Origin: an uncultured delta proteobacterium
GTDB taxonomy: Bacteria; Desulfobacterota; Binatia; UBA9968
Assembly (NCBI GenBank): GCA_963727625.1
Contig: CAVSHR010000012.1
Span: 448,001-512,000, forward strand
Length of the DNA stretch: 64,000 nucleotides
Direction of reading: 5' to 3'
The first letter of the stretch is position 1. Each line of letters begins with the position of its first letter. Shown in pieces: positions 10,950 through 20,218 of this stretch. The position numbers were made by a program, and so were the translations under genes. Below the pieces are notes generated by a model that was not told where the DNA came from, made no database searches, and saw only the letters and a list, made by a program, of their open reading frames with translations.

Positions 10950-12494
10950 TTACGCGCCCGCGGCACGTGCCGCCGCCTCGCGCGCGACTTCACGGTCGTC
11001 AAAATGTATCTTTTTGGTGCCCAAAATTTGGTAATCTTCATGACCTTTGCCGGCGATCAACACCAAGTCTCCGGCCGCTGCCGCACCGATCGCAATCCCA
11101 ATCGCCTGGCGCCGATCGGCTTCGACAAAATAGCCGCGGCTAATTCCTCCCTGATCCAGCGAAGCTCCCGAAACGGCAGCACTGATTTTTTCTTGCCTCG
11201 CCCTTTTGACGCCGGCTTCCACTTCATCGATGATCGCCGCCGGGTCTTCGGTGCGCGGATTATCCGAAGTGAGCACCACGATGTCGCTCAGCCGCGCCGC
11301 GATCTCGCCCATCAGCGGGCGCTTGCCGCGGTCGCGATCGCCGCCGCAGCCGAAAACCGTAATCAGCTTTCCTCGAGTCAACGAACGGACAGCGCCAAGA
11401 ACTTTTTCCAGCGCATCAGGCGAATGAGCATAATCAACCAAGATTGCGATGCCGCGGTCGTTGGCAACTTTCTCCAGCCGACCGGGCACGGCTTTAAGTT
11501 GCCGGATCCCTCGAGTCATCGCTTCGGTGTCGATCCCTAAAGCACGCCCGACGCCGATCGCACCAAGAATATTTTGCAGATTCGCCGAGCCGATGAGCGC
11601 GGAATCAAACTCTACGGCTTGCTCTCTAGCTTGAATCGTGCCGCGCAACCCAGCGACATCTTTCTCGACGCGGATCGGATGGACGTCCCATTGTTGCCCC
11701 TCGCCGTAACTCCACACCTCCAGATCGACGGCGCGAACCTTTTCAATCAACTCATTACCGCGCCGATCTTCGCCAAAGATCACCGCGCTTTTGTGCGGCT
11801 TTGGACTAGCCTTCAAGTAGTCGGTAAAGAGTTTTGACTTGGCCAAAAAATATTCGTCCATGTCGCGGTGATAGTCGAGATGATCGCGCGACAAATTGGT
11901 AAAAACGCCGACGTCGAATTCCAGCCCGCGCACTCGATCCTGGACCAGCGCGTGGGATGAAACTTCCATGGCAACAGACTTGACGCCTGCGCCTATCATT
12001 TGAGCCAGCATCTCCTGCAAATCGAGGGACTCCGGCGTGGTTTGATGCGAAGGGACTTCATGCCCCGGGTAGCGATAGCTGATCGTGCCGATCACGCCGG
12101 GGGCCAGCGCCGCCGCGTCGAGCACCGACTCGATCAAATAGCTGAGCGTGGTCTTGCCGTTGGTACCGGTGACGCCGACGAGCCGGAGATTTTGGCTCGG
12201 CCGCCCATAGAAATGCGCCGCCCATAGTCCCATCGTGCGCCTGACATCTTTTACCCGCACCGACGCCGCCGTTCGCGGCCAATCGCCCTGTTGCGAAAAC
12301 ACCACCGCCACGGCGCCGCGTCGCACGGCCTCGGCGATAAAGTCATGACCGTCGGCTTTTTCCCCCGCCACGGCAAAAAAGATGTGGCCCGTGCCGACCT
12401 TGCGCGAGTCATAAACAAGGCCGCTTACCGTCTGATCGAAATCGCCGTCGGCTTGCTCCACTTCGCCTATCTCTAGGAGTTCCTTGATTTGCAT
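10950..12494 (-). CDS. murE: UDP-MurNAc-L-Ala-D-Glu--meso-DAP ligase
   Basis: TGTNGKTT, TTPES, MEVSSH, DHLDYH, DYAHSPD, DNPR (DAP-type motif), AGKGHE. Confidence 0.97.
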   Translation of the reverse strand: MQIKELLEIGEVEQADGDFDQTVSGLVYDSRKVGTGHIFFAVAGEKADGHDFIAEAVRRGAVAVVFSQQGDWPRTAASVRVKDVRRTMGLWAAHFYGRPSQNLRLVGVTGTNGKTTLSYLIESVLDAAALAPGVIGTISYRYPGHEVPSHQTTPESLDLQEMLAQMIGAGVKSVAMEVSSHALVQDRVRGLEFDVGVFTNLSRDHLDYHRDMDEYFLAKSKLFTDYLKASPKPHKSAVIFGEDRRGNELIEKVRAVDLEVWSYGEGQQWDVHPIRVEKDVAGLRGTIQAREQAVEFDSALIGSANLQNILGAIGVGRALGIDTEAMTRGIRQLKAVPGRLEKVANDRGIAILVDYAHSPDALEKVLGAVRSLTRGKLITVFGCGGDRDRGKRPLMGEIAARLSDIVVLTSDNPRTEDPAAIIDEVEAGVKRARQEKISAAVSGASLDQGGISRGYFVEADRRQAIGIAIGAAAAGDLVLIAGKGHEDYQILGTKKIHFDDREVAREAAARAAGA

Positions 12495-12499
12495 CGCCG

Positions 12500-14455
12500 C
12501 TAGCCTTGCAAGTTCAGCACCAAGTATCCGTCATCGCTCCGGCGGTTTCCCGGCGCCGGAGATTGTTTCACGACATAGCCGCTGCCCTGTAATCGCACTT
12601 TCACTTTCAACAATTGGGCTTTTTCTAATGCTTCGCGCAAACTCAAGCCGACAAAGTCAGGCGCCGCGTCGGCCGCTCCCACGGGCGCCGTACGACCCGG
12701 CCATTTAACGAGTTGGCGCACCGGCTGCTCGGACAAGCTCGGCGCGGCGGGAATAGGCGCGGCCTTTTGCGGCGCTACGGCGAGGTGGCGCAAAGCGCCT
12801 TGAGCGATGTTGCGAAAAACCGGTGCAGCAACGACACCGCCATAAACATTCACTTCGGGCTCGTCGATCAGCACCAAGGCAACCAGCCGGGGATTGTTTG
12901 CCGGTACGAAGCCGACAAAGGAAGCAACCCGCTTCTTTGCCGCATAGCCGCCGTGGATCGGGTCCGCCTTTTGCGCCGTGCCGGTTTTTCCCGCTACGTC
13001 GAAGCCGTCGAGGTTCGCCATGACGCCGGTGCCGCCTTCGCTAGTGACATCTTGCAGCATAGATGCCAGCAAAGTCGCTGTTCGTTCCGAGATGACTCGA
13101 CGCACCACATGGGGCTGGTTTTGCCGGAGCACCTCTCCCTTCGGTCCGACGACGCGGCGCATGACGAATGGACGCATAAGAAAACCGCCGTTCGCGATAG
13201 CGGCATAGGCCATCGCCATTTGCAGCGGGGTCGTCGAAAGTCCCTGGCCGAAGGAGTGGGTGGCCAGATCAATACCCGACCATCGATCGGGCTTGCGCAA
13301 AAGGCCCGAAGCTTCTCCCGGCACGTCAATTCCTGTCGGTTCGCCGAAGCCGAATTTTTCGATATACTTAAAAAAACGTTCCTTCTTTAGCTTCTCGGCG
13401 ACCTTGGTAAAGCCGATATTACTCGACACCTGAAGGATTTTGGCGAATGACAACCAGCCATGTGGATGGGTATCGTGGATGATTCTACCGGCATAAGGAT
13501 ATTTGCCCATTTCGCAATAGAAGAGATCGTCCTTACCGACAACCCCCTCTTCGAGGGCGGCGGCGGCGGTGATCGTTTTGAAGATAGACCCGGGTTCGAA
13601 ACTATCCGTCACGGCACGATTGCGCCGCTGCTCGGCTGACTCTTTTGAATAATGGTTGGGATCGAACGAAGGGTAATTCGCCATTGCGAGCACTTCGCCG
13701 GTAAACGGCTCGACGACAATTGCGACCCCCGCTTTGGCGCGGTATTTGAGAATCGAAGCCGCCAATTCCTTTTCCGCTATATGCTGGATCGAGGTATCGA
13801 GGGTCAGGTGGATGTCACTACCGGGCGGGACATGCAGTCCCTCGATGCCCTGGACCAAGACCCGCCGTCCCAACGCATCACGCTCGATCACTGACGAACC
13901 GGTTTCGCCGCGAATATCATCGTTGTACTTAAGCTCCAAGCCTTCGAGTCCCTCGGAGTCGCGTCCGACGAAACCGATCAACTGGCCGGCCAGCTGACCC
14001 TGAGGATAGTAGCGGTCGGGCTCATAGAACATGCCGATCCCGTCCGCGTTGAGCGCTTGAATTTTTTCCGCTTCAGCCGAAGAGATTTGCCGCTTGACCC
14101 AAACGAAGGGTTTTGCCGCGGTGATCCTTGCTCTGACGTCGGCCGGTCGCAGCTTAAGAATCTGCGCCAGGCTTCGGCTCAGCTCGTCGGCACCCTCAAT
14201 CCGATGCGGTCGCGCGTAAACCGACTGCGACTCCATGCTCAAGGCCAACGGCTCGTTGGTGCGGTCGAATAAAGCGCCGCGTTTGGGCAGGACGATCCAT
14301 TCTTTGAGATGCTGCCGCTGACCCAACCGCATGAGCTTGTCGCCTTGCAACAACTGCAGTTGCATGGCGCGCCCGCCCACGATCAGGAACATAAGCAAGA
14401 ATACCAACTTGGCGACGGTGACGCGGCGCTGATTACACCGAAGCGGCCGTCTCAT
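12500..14455 (-). CDS. ftsI: Class B PBP FtsI with one C-terminal PASTA domain
   Basis: EPGSIFK (SxxK), SSN, KTG motifs; N-terminal TM helix; PASTA-like PDFVGLSLREA...GSGYVVKQSPAPG. Confidence 0.96.
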   Translation of the reverse strand: MRRPLRCNQRRVTVAKLVFLLMFLIVGGRAMQLQLLQGDKLMRLGQRQHLKEWIVLPKRGALFDRTNEPLALSMESQSVYARPHRIEGADELSRSLAQILKLRPADVRARITAAKPFVWVKRQISSAEAEKIQALNADGIGMFYEPDRYYPQGQLAGQLIGFVGRDSEGLEGLELKYNDDIRGETGSSVIERDALGRRVLVQGIEGLHVPPGSDIHLTLDTSIQHIAEKELAASILKYRAKAGVAIVVEPFTGEVLAMANYPSFDPNHYSKESAEQRRNRAVTDSFEPGSIFKTITAAAALEEGVVGKDDLFYCEMGKYPYAGRIIHDTHPHGWLSFAKILQVSSNIGFTKVAEKLKKERFFKYIEKFGFGEPTGIDVPGEASGLLRKPDRWSGIDLATHSFGQGLSTTPLQMAMAYAAIANGGFLMRPFVMRRVVGPKGEVLRQNQPHVVRRVISERTATLLASMLQDVTSEGGTGVMANLDGFDVAGKTGTAQKADPIHGGYAAKKRVASFVGFVPANNPRLVALVLIDEPEVNVYGGVVAAPVFRNIAQGALRHLAVAPQKAAPIPAAPSLSEQPVRQLVKWPGRTAPVGAADAAPDFVGLSLREALEKAQLLKVKVRLQGSGYVVKQSPAPGNRRSDDGYLVLNLQG

Positions 14456-14799
14456 GGTAGAACGATGACCTGGCCTTTCTCCGGTGGTCTGAGCCCTAAG
14501 CGTCGGCGCGCGAGCGCCTCCAGGCGATCTGGGGACGTCATGGTAGCCAATTCAATTTTCAATTCGCGATTTTCATGCTCCAAGCGGTTTTGCAGCTTGC
14601 TGCTGGTCGATAGCCCGTACCCCAGGTTCACCACCTGCAAACGCAGCCACACATGAACCAAAACCAGACCGATCAAAGCCGCTGTCAAAAAAGCGGTCCA
14701 AACAAAGGCCCGGCGCCGGCGCGTTCGAGCGCTTCGCGCCGGGATTTCCCGTTTTGCCACCGTGATTTTGCGCGATTGCGCGCTGACAGCTGAGGCCAT
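14452..14799 (-). CDS. ftsL: Cell division protein FtsL
   Basis: Small bitopic protein with coiled coil and RLEALARRRLGL; lies between rsmH and ftsI. Confidence 0.9.
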   Translation of the reverse strand: MASAVSAQSRKITVAKREIPARSARTRRRRAFVWTAFLTAALIGLVLVHVWLRLQVVNLGYGLSTSSKLQNRLEHENRELKIELATMTSPDRLEALARRRLGLRPPEKGQVIVLP

Positions 14800-14808
14800 T
14801 TAAAATCT

Positions 14809-15735
14809 CTAAACTCGCTCCACTGCGCGCAGCTTCGCCGAACGGGCTCGCGGATTTGCCGCGATCTCACCGGCCGATGGAACGATCGGTTTTTTTGTCA
14901 ACAGCCGCGCCTTTTGGCTCCAGCCGCATTGACAACACAGCACGCGCGGCGGGCAAAGGCAGGAACGGCTCCATTTGCGAAAAGCCGACTTCACGATGCG
15001 ATCCTCAAGAGAGTGAAACGAGATGACCGCCATGCGCCCGCGGGGCAGCAGAGCCTCATATCCGCTCTCGAAAAAACTATCGAGTTGCTGCAGCTCCTGA
15101 TTGACCGCGATGCGCAGCGCTTGAAAGACCTGCGTTGCCGGATGATAGTCGCGCCGCCCGCGACCCTTGACATGCTCGACGACGGCGGCGAGCTCCATCG
15201 TCGTTTCGATCGGCCTTTCTTTTCGCGCGGCGACGATCGCTTGGGCGATCCGGCGCGCCCTGGGCTCTTCGCCATAGTCACGAAAAATTCGTTCGAGCTC
15301 GGCGACGGATCGCGAGCGCAGGAGCCCTTCCGCGTCGAGCGTTTGGCGACGATCCATGCGCATGTCGAGTCGAGCTTGCGAGCGAAAACTGAAGCCTCGC
15401 TCTGGAGAATTGATCTGGTGTGAGGAAACGCCCAAGTCCAAGACAACTCCGTCGACCCCGTTCCAGCCGAACTCGGCCAGAATCTCCTTCGCATTTGCGA
15501 AGCTCGCTTGACGCGCGACAAAGCGTTGATCAAATCGCTGCAATCGCTGGCGCGCCGCGGCGATTGCTTCAACATCCCGATCCAATCCTAAAACCCGACC
15601 ATCCGGACTGCTCGCGACAAGAATTGCCTCGCTGTGGCCCCCCGCTCCCACCGTGCCGTCGAGAAAACGCTTGCCCGGCGCGGGACGAAGCATTTCGACC
15701 ACCTCAGAAACCAGCACGGAAGCATGCGCAAACAC
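14809..15735 (-). CDS. rsmH: 16S rRNA m4C1402 methyltransferase
   Basis: DGTVGAGGHS, DLGVSSHQ, LDMRMD, FQALRIAVNQEL, ISFHSLEDR, NPRARSAKLR. Confidence 0.98.
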   Translation of the reverse strand: MFAHASVLVSEVVEMLRPAPGKRFLDGTVGAGGHSEAILVASSPDGRVLGLDRDVEAIAAARQRLQRFDQRFVARQASFANAKEILAEFGWNGVDGVVLDLGVSSHQINSPERGFSFRSQARLDMRMDRRQTLDAEGLLRSRSVAELERIFRDYGEEPRARRIAQAIVAARKERPIETTMELAAVVEHVKGRGRRDYHPATQVFQALRIAVNQELQQLDSFFESGYEALLPRGRMAVISFHSLEDRIVKSAFRKWSRSCLCPPRVLCCQCGWSQKARLLTKKPIVPSAGEIAANPRARSAKLRAVERV

Positions 15736-15738
15736 CGC

Positions 15739-16101
15739 TCAGTGACTTGTGCCGTCACCCTCCCAATCGTCATCAAAGCTTTCGATAGCGTCTTCGAGGG
15801 ACGTGTAGTCTTCGAAGAAACGATCCATGCCGACCACTTTGAATATATCGCGCAGGAACGGACTCATTCCCGCGAGCTTTAAATCTCCGTTCAGGTTGCG
15901 CAAAAGCTTCAGCCGCTCCAGCAGCACGCCGATGCTAAGATAATTGATATGATCCACAGATTTTAGATTGAGAACGACCTTCGTTTGCTCTCGCTCGATC
16001 AGCGAACCGATTACATCTTTGATGCGAATCATCTCACGAAAATCGATATCGCCGGCGATATCAATCACCGAAATATCTTGAATGGGTTTTCGTGCCAGCA
16101 T
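15739..16101 (-). CDS. STAS-domain (anti-sigma factor antagonist-like) protein embedded in the dcw operon
   Basis: VIDIAGDID...KVVLNLKSVDHINYLSIGVL...GDLKLAGMSPFLRDIFKVVG...SLEDAIESF. RBS AAAGGAG. Its stop is 3 nt before the rsmH start. Confidence 0.88.
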   Translation of the reverse strand: MLARKPIQDISVIDIAGDIDFREMIRIKDVIGSLIEREQTKVVLNLKSVDHINYLSIGVLLERLKLLRNLNGDLKLAGMSPFLRDIFKVVGMDRFFEDYTSLEDAIESFDDDWEGDGTSH

Positions 16102-16146
16102 TCGTTTTGCTCCTTTCCCCGACTCAGCCGCCGCGCCGTTGAGCTC

Positions 16147-16599
16147 CTAGAGCCCCAAGTCCCCGAGAAAATCTGGATCCTGCATAATTTTGTCTTCGGC
16201 CTCGCCGAAGATTTTCTTCCAGGCCTCGCGGTCCAACACGCGAAATTTTTCCAGCGCCGAAACCAGCACCACGTCGCGCTTGAGATCGGCGTACTTTCTG
16301 AGCCCCGGTGGAATGAGAATGCGCCCGTGCGTGTCCAAGCTGCATTCACAAGCGGACCCGAGATAGTAATTTTGGAACTTCACCATGCGCGGATCGAACT
16401 TGGGTTTCTTGCGAATTTCTTCTTCGAACGTCAGCCACGCGTCGATGGGATAAACATCGAGACAACGCTGGCCGTCGATGACGAAATTGGTCATGATGAT
16501 TCGCGCATCACCTGCACCGAGCAGGACGTCGCGAAACTTCGCCGGAATGCTCAGCCGCCCCTTTGCATCAAGAGTATGCTCAAAGCTGCCACGAAACAT
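16147..16599 (-). CDS. mraZ: Division/cell wall cluster repressor MraZ
   Basis: MFRGSFEHTLDAKGRLSIP and a second repeat LDTHGRILIP. Confidence 0.97.
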   Translation of the reverse strand: MFRGSFEHTLDAKGRLSIPAKFRDVLLGAGDARIIMTNFVIDGQRCLDVYPIDAWLTFEEEIRKKPKFDPRMVKFQNYYLGSACECSLDTHGRILIPPGLRKYADLKRDVVLVSALEKFRVLDREAWKKIFGEAEDKIMQDPDFLGDLGL

Positions 16600-16629
16600 A
16601 GTTTCCAACCGCTACCGATGTCCTGCTGT

Positions 16630-16692
16630 ACCAAATCATCCCACCTATTCCCACTATCGCACACTTATAACTTGCTCTCTCTAGCCTGTCAA
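16630..16692 (-). promoter_or_regulatory. dcw promoter with MraZ boxes
   Basis: TTGACA (16692-16687), N17, TATAAG (16669-16664), then GTGTG/GTGGG/GTGGG/TTGGT at exact 10-nt period (16664, 16654, 16644, 16634). Confidence 0.85.
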
Positions 16693-16949
16693 TAAAAAAG
16701 ATTGGAAATTACAAGGTTTTTTTGGAATTTTGAGGCGGTCGAATCAACATATCGAAGCTTTGCTTCTTACCCTCTACTAGGGGTAGAACATCGACGTATG
16801 CACACTGCAAAATTGACCTGCGAAAAGACGTGCTGACATGCAAACCGAACTCGAATCAAAAATCGTTGGAAAGGATTCGTATCGCTATGCGTCGTTGCAC
16901 GTGATGGGGAAGTCGACCGCGATGAATTGCAGATAATGCAGGGCCGAGT

Positions 16950-17323
16950 GGGCTAAAGTGGATCGGTAAGCCGGTTTCTGTGATGACTCGTAATATGAGC
17001 CACAGCGATCATTCATCTTGCCCCGAGATTGCTCACGGGGTCGAGCGACCGTACCCGAGGGCTATGGGCGGACCACCCAACCCTCCTATTTGGCCTTGCT
17101 CCGGGTGGGGTTTGCCATGCGCTCGCCATTACTGGCGAACCGGTGAGCTCTTACCTCGCCTTTTCAACCTTACCTGCCGGGAAACGGCAGGCGGTATGTT
17201 TTCTGTGGTACTTTCCCCCGATCACGCGGGGCCGTTGTTAACGGCCACCCTGTCCTTCGGAGTCCGGACTTTCCTCCCTCCATGATTGATCACGGAGAGC
17301 GACCGCTTGATCCACTTTAGCCC
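16950..17323 (-). ncRNA. rnpB: RNase P RNA (bacterial class A)
   Basis: GAGGAAAGTCCGGACTC near the 5' end and ACAGAAACCGGCTTA near the 3' end. Terminal helix GGGCTAAAGTGGATC / GATCCACTTTAGCCC. Confidence 0.97.
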
Positions 17324-17750
17324 GCAGTTGTGCGTTTGCCAGCTTGATCGACGCCTCGATTGGCCAACCGATCGGCGACTTTGTTCATCTCGCGACGCAC
17401 GTGAACAATACGATATGAGCCGAACCGGCGCAACAATTCCATGGCGTGCTGAAACAGGATTTTGAGCTTTTCATCCTTGACCGATATTCGCCGTTCAACT
17501 GCCGCACCCTAAGCTGTGAATCGCTTTGCACGGTAAGTTTTTTTGGCCAAGCTGTTGTAGCGCTTTGAGCCCCAGCAAAAGCCCTTCGTATTCGGCCACG
17601 TTATTGGTCGTCCGACCTAGATAACGGCCCAGCTCTTTAACCCGCACACCATTTGTCGTCAAAAATCGCCGCACCGCATCCGGCCTCGCCCGGATTGCCG
17701 CGCGCGGCTCCGTCCACCATCAAAAGCCACTGCTTTTTTGATTCCGGCAT
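17317..17750 (-). CDS. rnhA: Ribonuclease HI family protein (three apparent single-base frameshifts, probably sequencing errors)
   Basis: Stitched frames give MVDGAARGNPGEAGCG, TTNNVAEYEGL, SDSQL..RQLNGEY, HVRREMNKVADRLAN. Indels fall at runs near 17652, 17540 and 17482. The stop overlaps the 5' end of rnpB. Confidence 0.85.
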
Positions 17751-17908
17751 GAAATTTCGCCGCCATTGTCAGTCACAAGGAAAAGGAGCTAGAAACAACG
17801 GGCAAGTGATCGCCGCCTTGTTGGTGCGGCTATGTAGGTCATGACCCCGGAAAGAGGCCCAATAAGCGAGAAAAGACGAAATACAATGGCCGGGTAAAAC
17901 CCGTCAGA

Positions 17909-18640
17909 CTAAGCCGACTTAAGCGCTTCCTCACCGATCGGCTTGACGTAAACAATTCTCTGGCAGCTTGGGCATAGATGGAGCTTTTCGTTTCGGATGA
18001 TTTCGTTCCAGAGTTGCGGCGGAACGTTCATAAAGCAGCCTTGGCAAATGCCGGCAGTCACTTCCACGACCGCAATCCCGCCGCGGCGCGAAAAAATCAA
18101 CTCGTAACGCGAAATCAAATCGCCGTTCACTTGAGCGGCGATGCGCTGGCGGCGCGCGAGCGCCTCGGAGACCGCCGCGTCTATGCCTTTAACTTGCTGC
18201 TCTAGCTCTTTTTGCTTTTTTTGCCACTCATCTTGCAACGCAGCCATTTCCGCTTCTTTGCTTTGAATTTGGCCTTTTAGATTGTCCGTCTCCTGCATGA
18301 TCCCAATGAGCGCTTCCTCAAGCTCGCCGTTTCCCTGCCGCAACAGTTCGATCTCCCGTTGCAAAGCTTGCAGCTCTTTGGCATTTTTGATGCGGTTCAT
18401 GCGCATCCGCTTATCCACCGCCTTCTTGCCCTCGTCTTGAAACAGACGCTCTTTTTCCAAGCGCAATTTTTCTTTTTCAGCAAAGGCGGTCCCCAAGGCG
18501 TCGATCTCGCCTTTCTTGGCCCGGATTTCCTTCTCTCTGGCTTCGAGCTCGCTCAACAGGTCCTGCTTTCGCCCGGTGTGCTCCTTTATCTCACGATCGA
18601 TGGTTTGTAATGACGCTAAAAATTCAATTTGTGCTTGCAA
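17909..18640 (-). CDS. Coiled-coil protein with C4-type zinc ribbon (DUF164-like)
   Basis: Long coiled coil, then CQGC...CPSCQRIVY. Start at TTG 18640 or in-frame ATG 18655. Confidence 0.88.
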   Translation of the reverse strand: MQAQIEFLASLQTIDREIKEHTGRKQDLLSELEAREKEIRAKKGEIDALGTAFAEKEKLRLEKERLFQDEGKKAVDKRMRMNRIKNAKELQALQREIELLRQGNGELEEALIGIMQETDNLKGQIQSKEAEMAALQDEWQKKQKELEQQVKGIDAAVSEALARRQRIAAQVNGDLISRYELIFSRRGGIAVVEVTAGICQGCFMNVPPQLWNEIIRNEKLHLCPSCQRIVYVKPIGEEALKSA

Positions 18641-18655
18641 CTTCACTTCCCCCAT

Positions 18656-18687
18656 AAAGAAAAAAAATGCACCCATTTGGGTGCATT
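18656..18687 (-). terminator. Intrinsic terminator immediately upstream of the Zn-ribbon gene
   Basis: AATGCACCCA-AA-TGGGTGCATT perfect inverted repeat, followed by a T-rich tract on the minus strand. Confidence 0.75.
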
Positions 18688-18690
18688 ATT

Positions 18691-18735
18691 CTAAACAAAA
18701 TGTTGTCGATGAAAAATAATTTTGTCCTTGGTCAT
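18691..18735 (-). CDS. Putative 14-aa leader peptide MTKDKIIFHRQHFV
   Basis: GGAGTGA directly before ATG; TTGACA at 18791-18786 upstream; TAG ends 3 nt before the terminator stem. Confidence 0.4.
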   Translation of the reverse strand: MTKDKIIFHRQHFV

Positions 18736-18869
18736 TCACTCCAGTCTCAAACCCTTGTTTAATATTTATCTCGATTGATCCCCTTTGTCAAAGCCGTCTA
18801 AGCCGTCCTTCGAGTGCGCCGGATCACCACTCAAACACAGGCGCCGGGCCGGTTAGAAACGCGATCCAA

Positions 18870-20072
18870 TCACGGCCGGAAGCGATAGTTCGGGCGAAGT
18901 TGCTGACGTCTAAGCCGACGACCGATATTGCCGGTGGTGCGCATTACGTTGCCGAGCCAAACCATCAACTCACCGAGCCGGCTGCCGCCGTTTGAAGTGA
19001 TCTCGGACCACGGCCGGCCACGCCGATAATCATCGGCAATCCGATTGATCGAACCGCGTCCTAAATACCAAACTCCGCGGAGCGCCGCGTATTGTCCGTA
19101 ACCGACTTGCAGTTGCTGTCGTTCTTGAAACAGGCCCCGTGCGCTGGTTCGCAGTTCATAGGCCAGGGCCTCAACAACCGCACGCTCACCGTTTTGCTCT
19201 TCGACAAACTGATTGATCGCCTCGATACGCTTCAGCAGCTCCCGTTCCGCTTTGGCCGCCGGGCTATCCAAAGATGCCGCCGACGGGAGCCGTTCAATTT
19301 TCACATAGCTCGGTTGATAATAGCGCAAAGCCCCGGGGAGAAATGCGCGCAATTGCTCGATGCGGGTTTCGTACCCGGGATGGGTCGAGAGAATTTCTGG
19401 CGGCGCATCCCTGCCACCTTCTTTTTTTTCCATCCGTTGCCAAAGATCGAGGGCGACCCGCGGATCGTAACCCGCTTTGGCCATCAGGATCAGACCGATC
19501 CGATCCGCCTCGGTTTCTTGCGAGCGGCTGAACGGCAGCGCCACGCCGATGCCCGCGCCGATACCGTAAACCTGCAGCACTTGGTTTGCCACAGCTGGAT
19601 TCTTGCTCAATGCGACGCCGAGTCCGGCGCCGACCGCCTGCAGTATAAGCCCTTGGCTCATCCTTTCCGCCGGATGACGCGCTAGCGCATGGGCGACTTC
19701 ATGGCCCAAAACGACGGCCAGACCAGCCTCGTCCCGCGCCGGCCCAAAGATTCCCGTATAGACGGCGACCTTGCCGCCGGGCACGGCGAAAGCGTTGACC
19801 ATTTCAGGATCGTTGATGACCGAAAACTCCCAATTGTAAGCCGGCCTGTCGGCGACCCGCGCGATGCGCTCGCCGACTTTTCTAACGATTCGTTCAGCCT
19901 CGCCGGCATGGGTTAGGACACTATCCCGCAACACATGCCTGTAGGCGTCATTGCCAAGAGCCGCTTCCTGGCCCTCGGAAACCAAAATCACTTGGCGACG
20001 GCCCGTATAAGGCGCAGTCGCGCAGCCTATGACGAAACAGAGAGCCAAAATCAATGACGAGTTTTTTTTCAT
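18870..20072 (-). CDS. M48 family metallopeptidase lipoprotein with C-terminal extension
   Basis: Lipobox FVIGC, NAFAVPGG, HEVAH, FSRSQETEAD, STHP. Confidence 0.9.
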   Translation of the reverse strand: MKKNSSLILALCFVIGCATAPYTGRRQVILVSEGQEAALGNDAYRHVLRDSVLTHAGEAERIVRKVGERIARVADRPAYNWEFSVINDPEMVNAFAVPGGKVAVYTGIFGPARDEAGLAVVLGHEVAHALARHPAERMSQGLILQAVGAGLGVALSKNPAVANQVLQVYGIGAGIGVALPFSRSQETEADRIGLILMAKAGYDPRVALDLWQRMEKKEGGRDAPPEILSTHPGYETRIEQLRAFLPGALRYYQPSYVKIERLPSAASLDSPAAKAERELLKRIEAINQFVEEQNGERAVVEALAYELRTSARGLFQERQQLQVGYGQYAALRGVWYLGRGSINRIADDYRRGRPWSEITSNGGSRLGELMVWLGNVMRTTGNIGRRLRRQQLRPNYRFRP

Positions 20073-20218
20073 AATCTTGTCGCCGGCCGGTGCGTGCGAG
20101 TAGCTCTGCTCTCAATTTCAGCCAGCTTCGAAGGGATATTAACTGGTGATTTATTACACTGCAACAAACCGCCGCGCTGTTGATCGCATGATCGACGAAG
20201 GCGCAAGGACAAAGCTAA

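Noticed and set aside
118-16695. Many long plus-strand ORFs (e.g. 4482..5399, 7506..8663)
   Set aside because: Antisense shadows of high-GC dcw genes with no recognisable motifs.
16980-17285. Plus-strand ORFs of 101 and 70 aa
   Set aside because: They lie antisense to the RNase P RNA.
17480-17655. Programmed frameshifting in rnhA
   Set aside because: Three separate indels at homopolymer runs fit sequencing error better than recoding.
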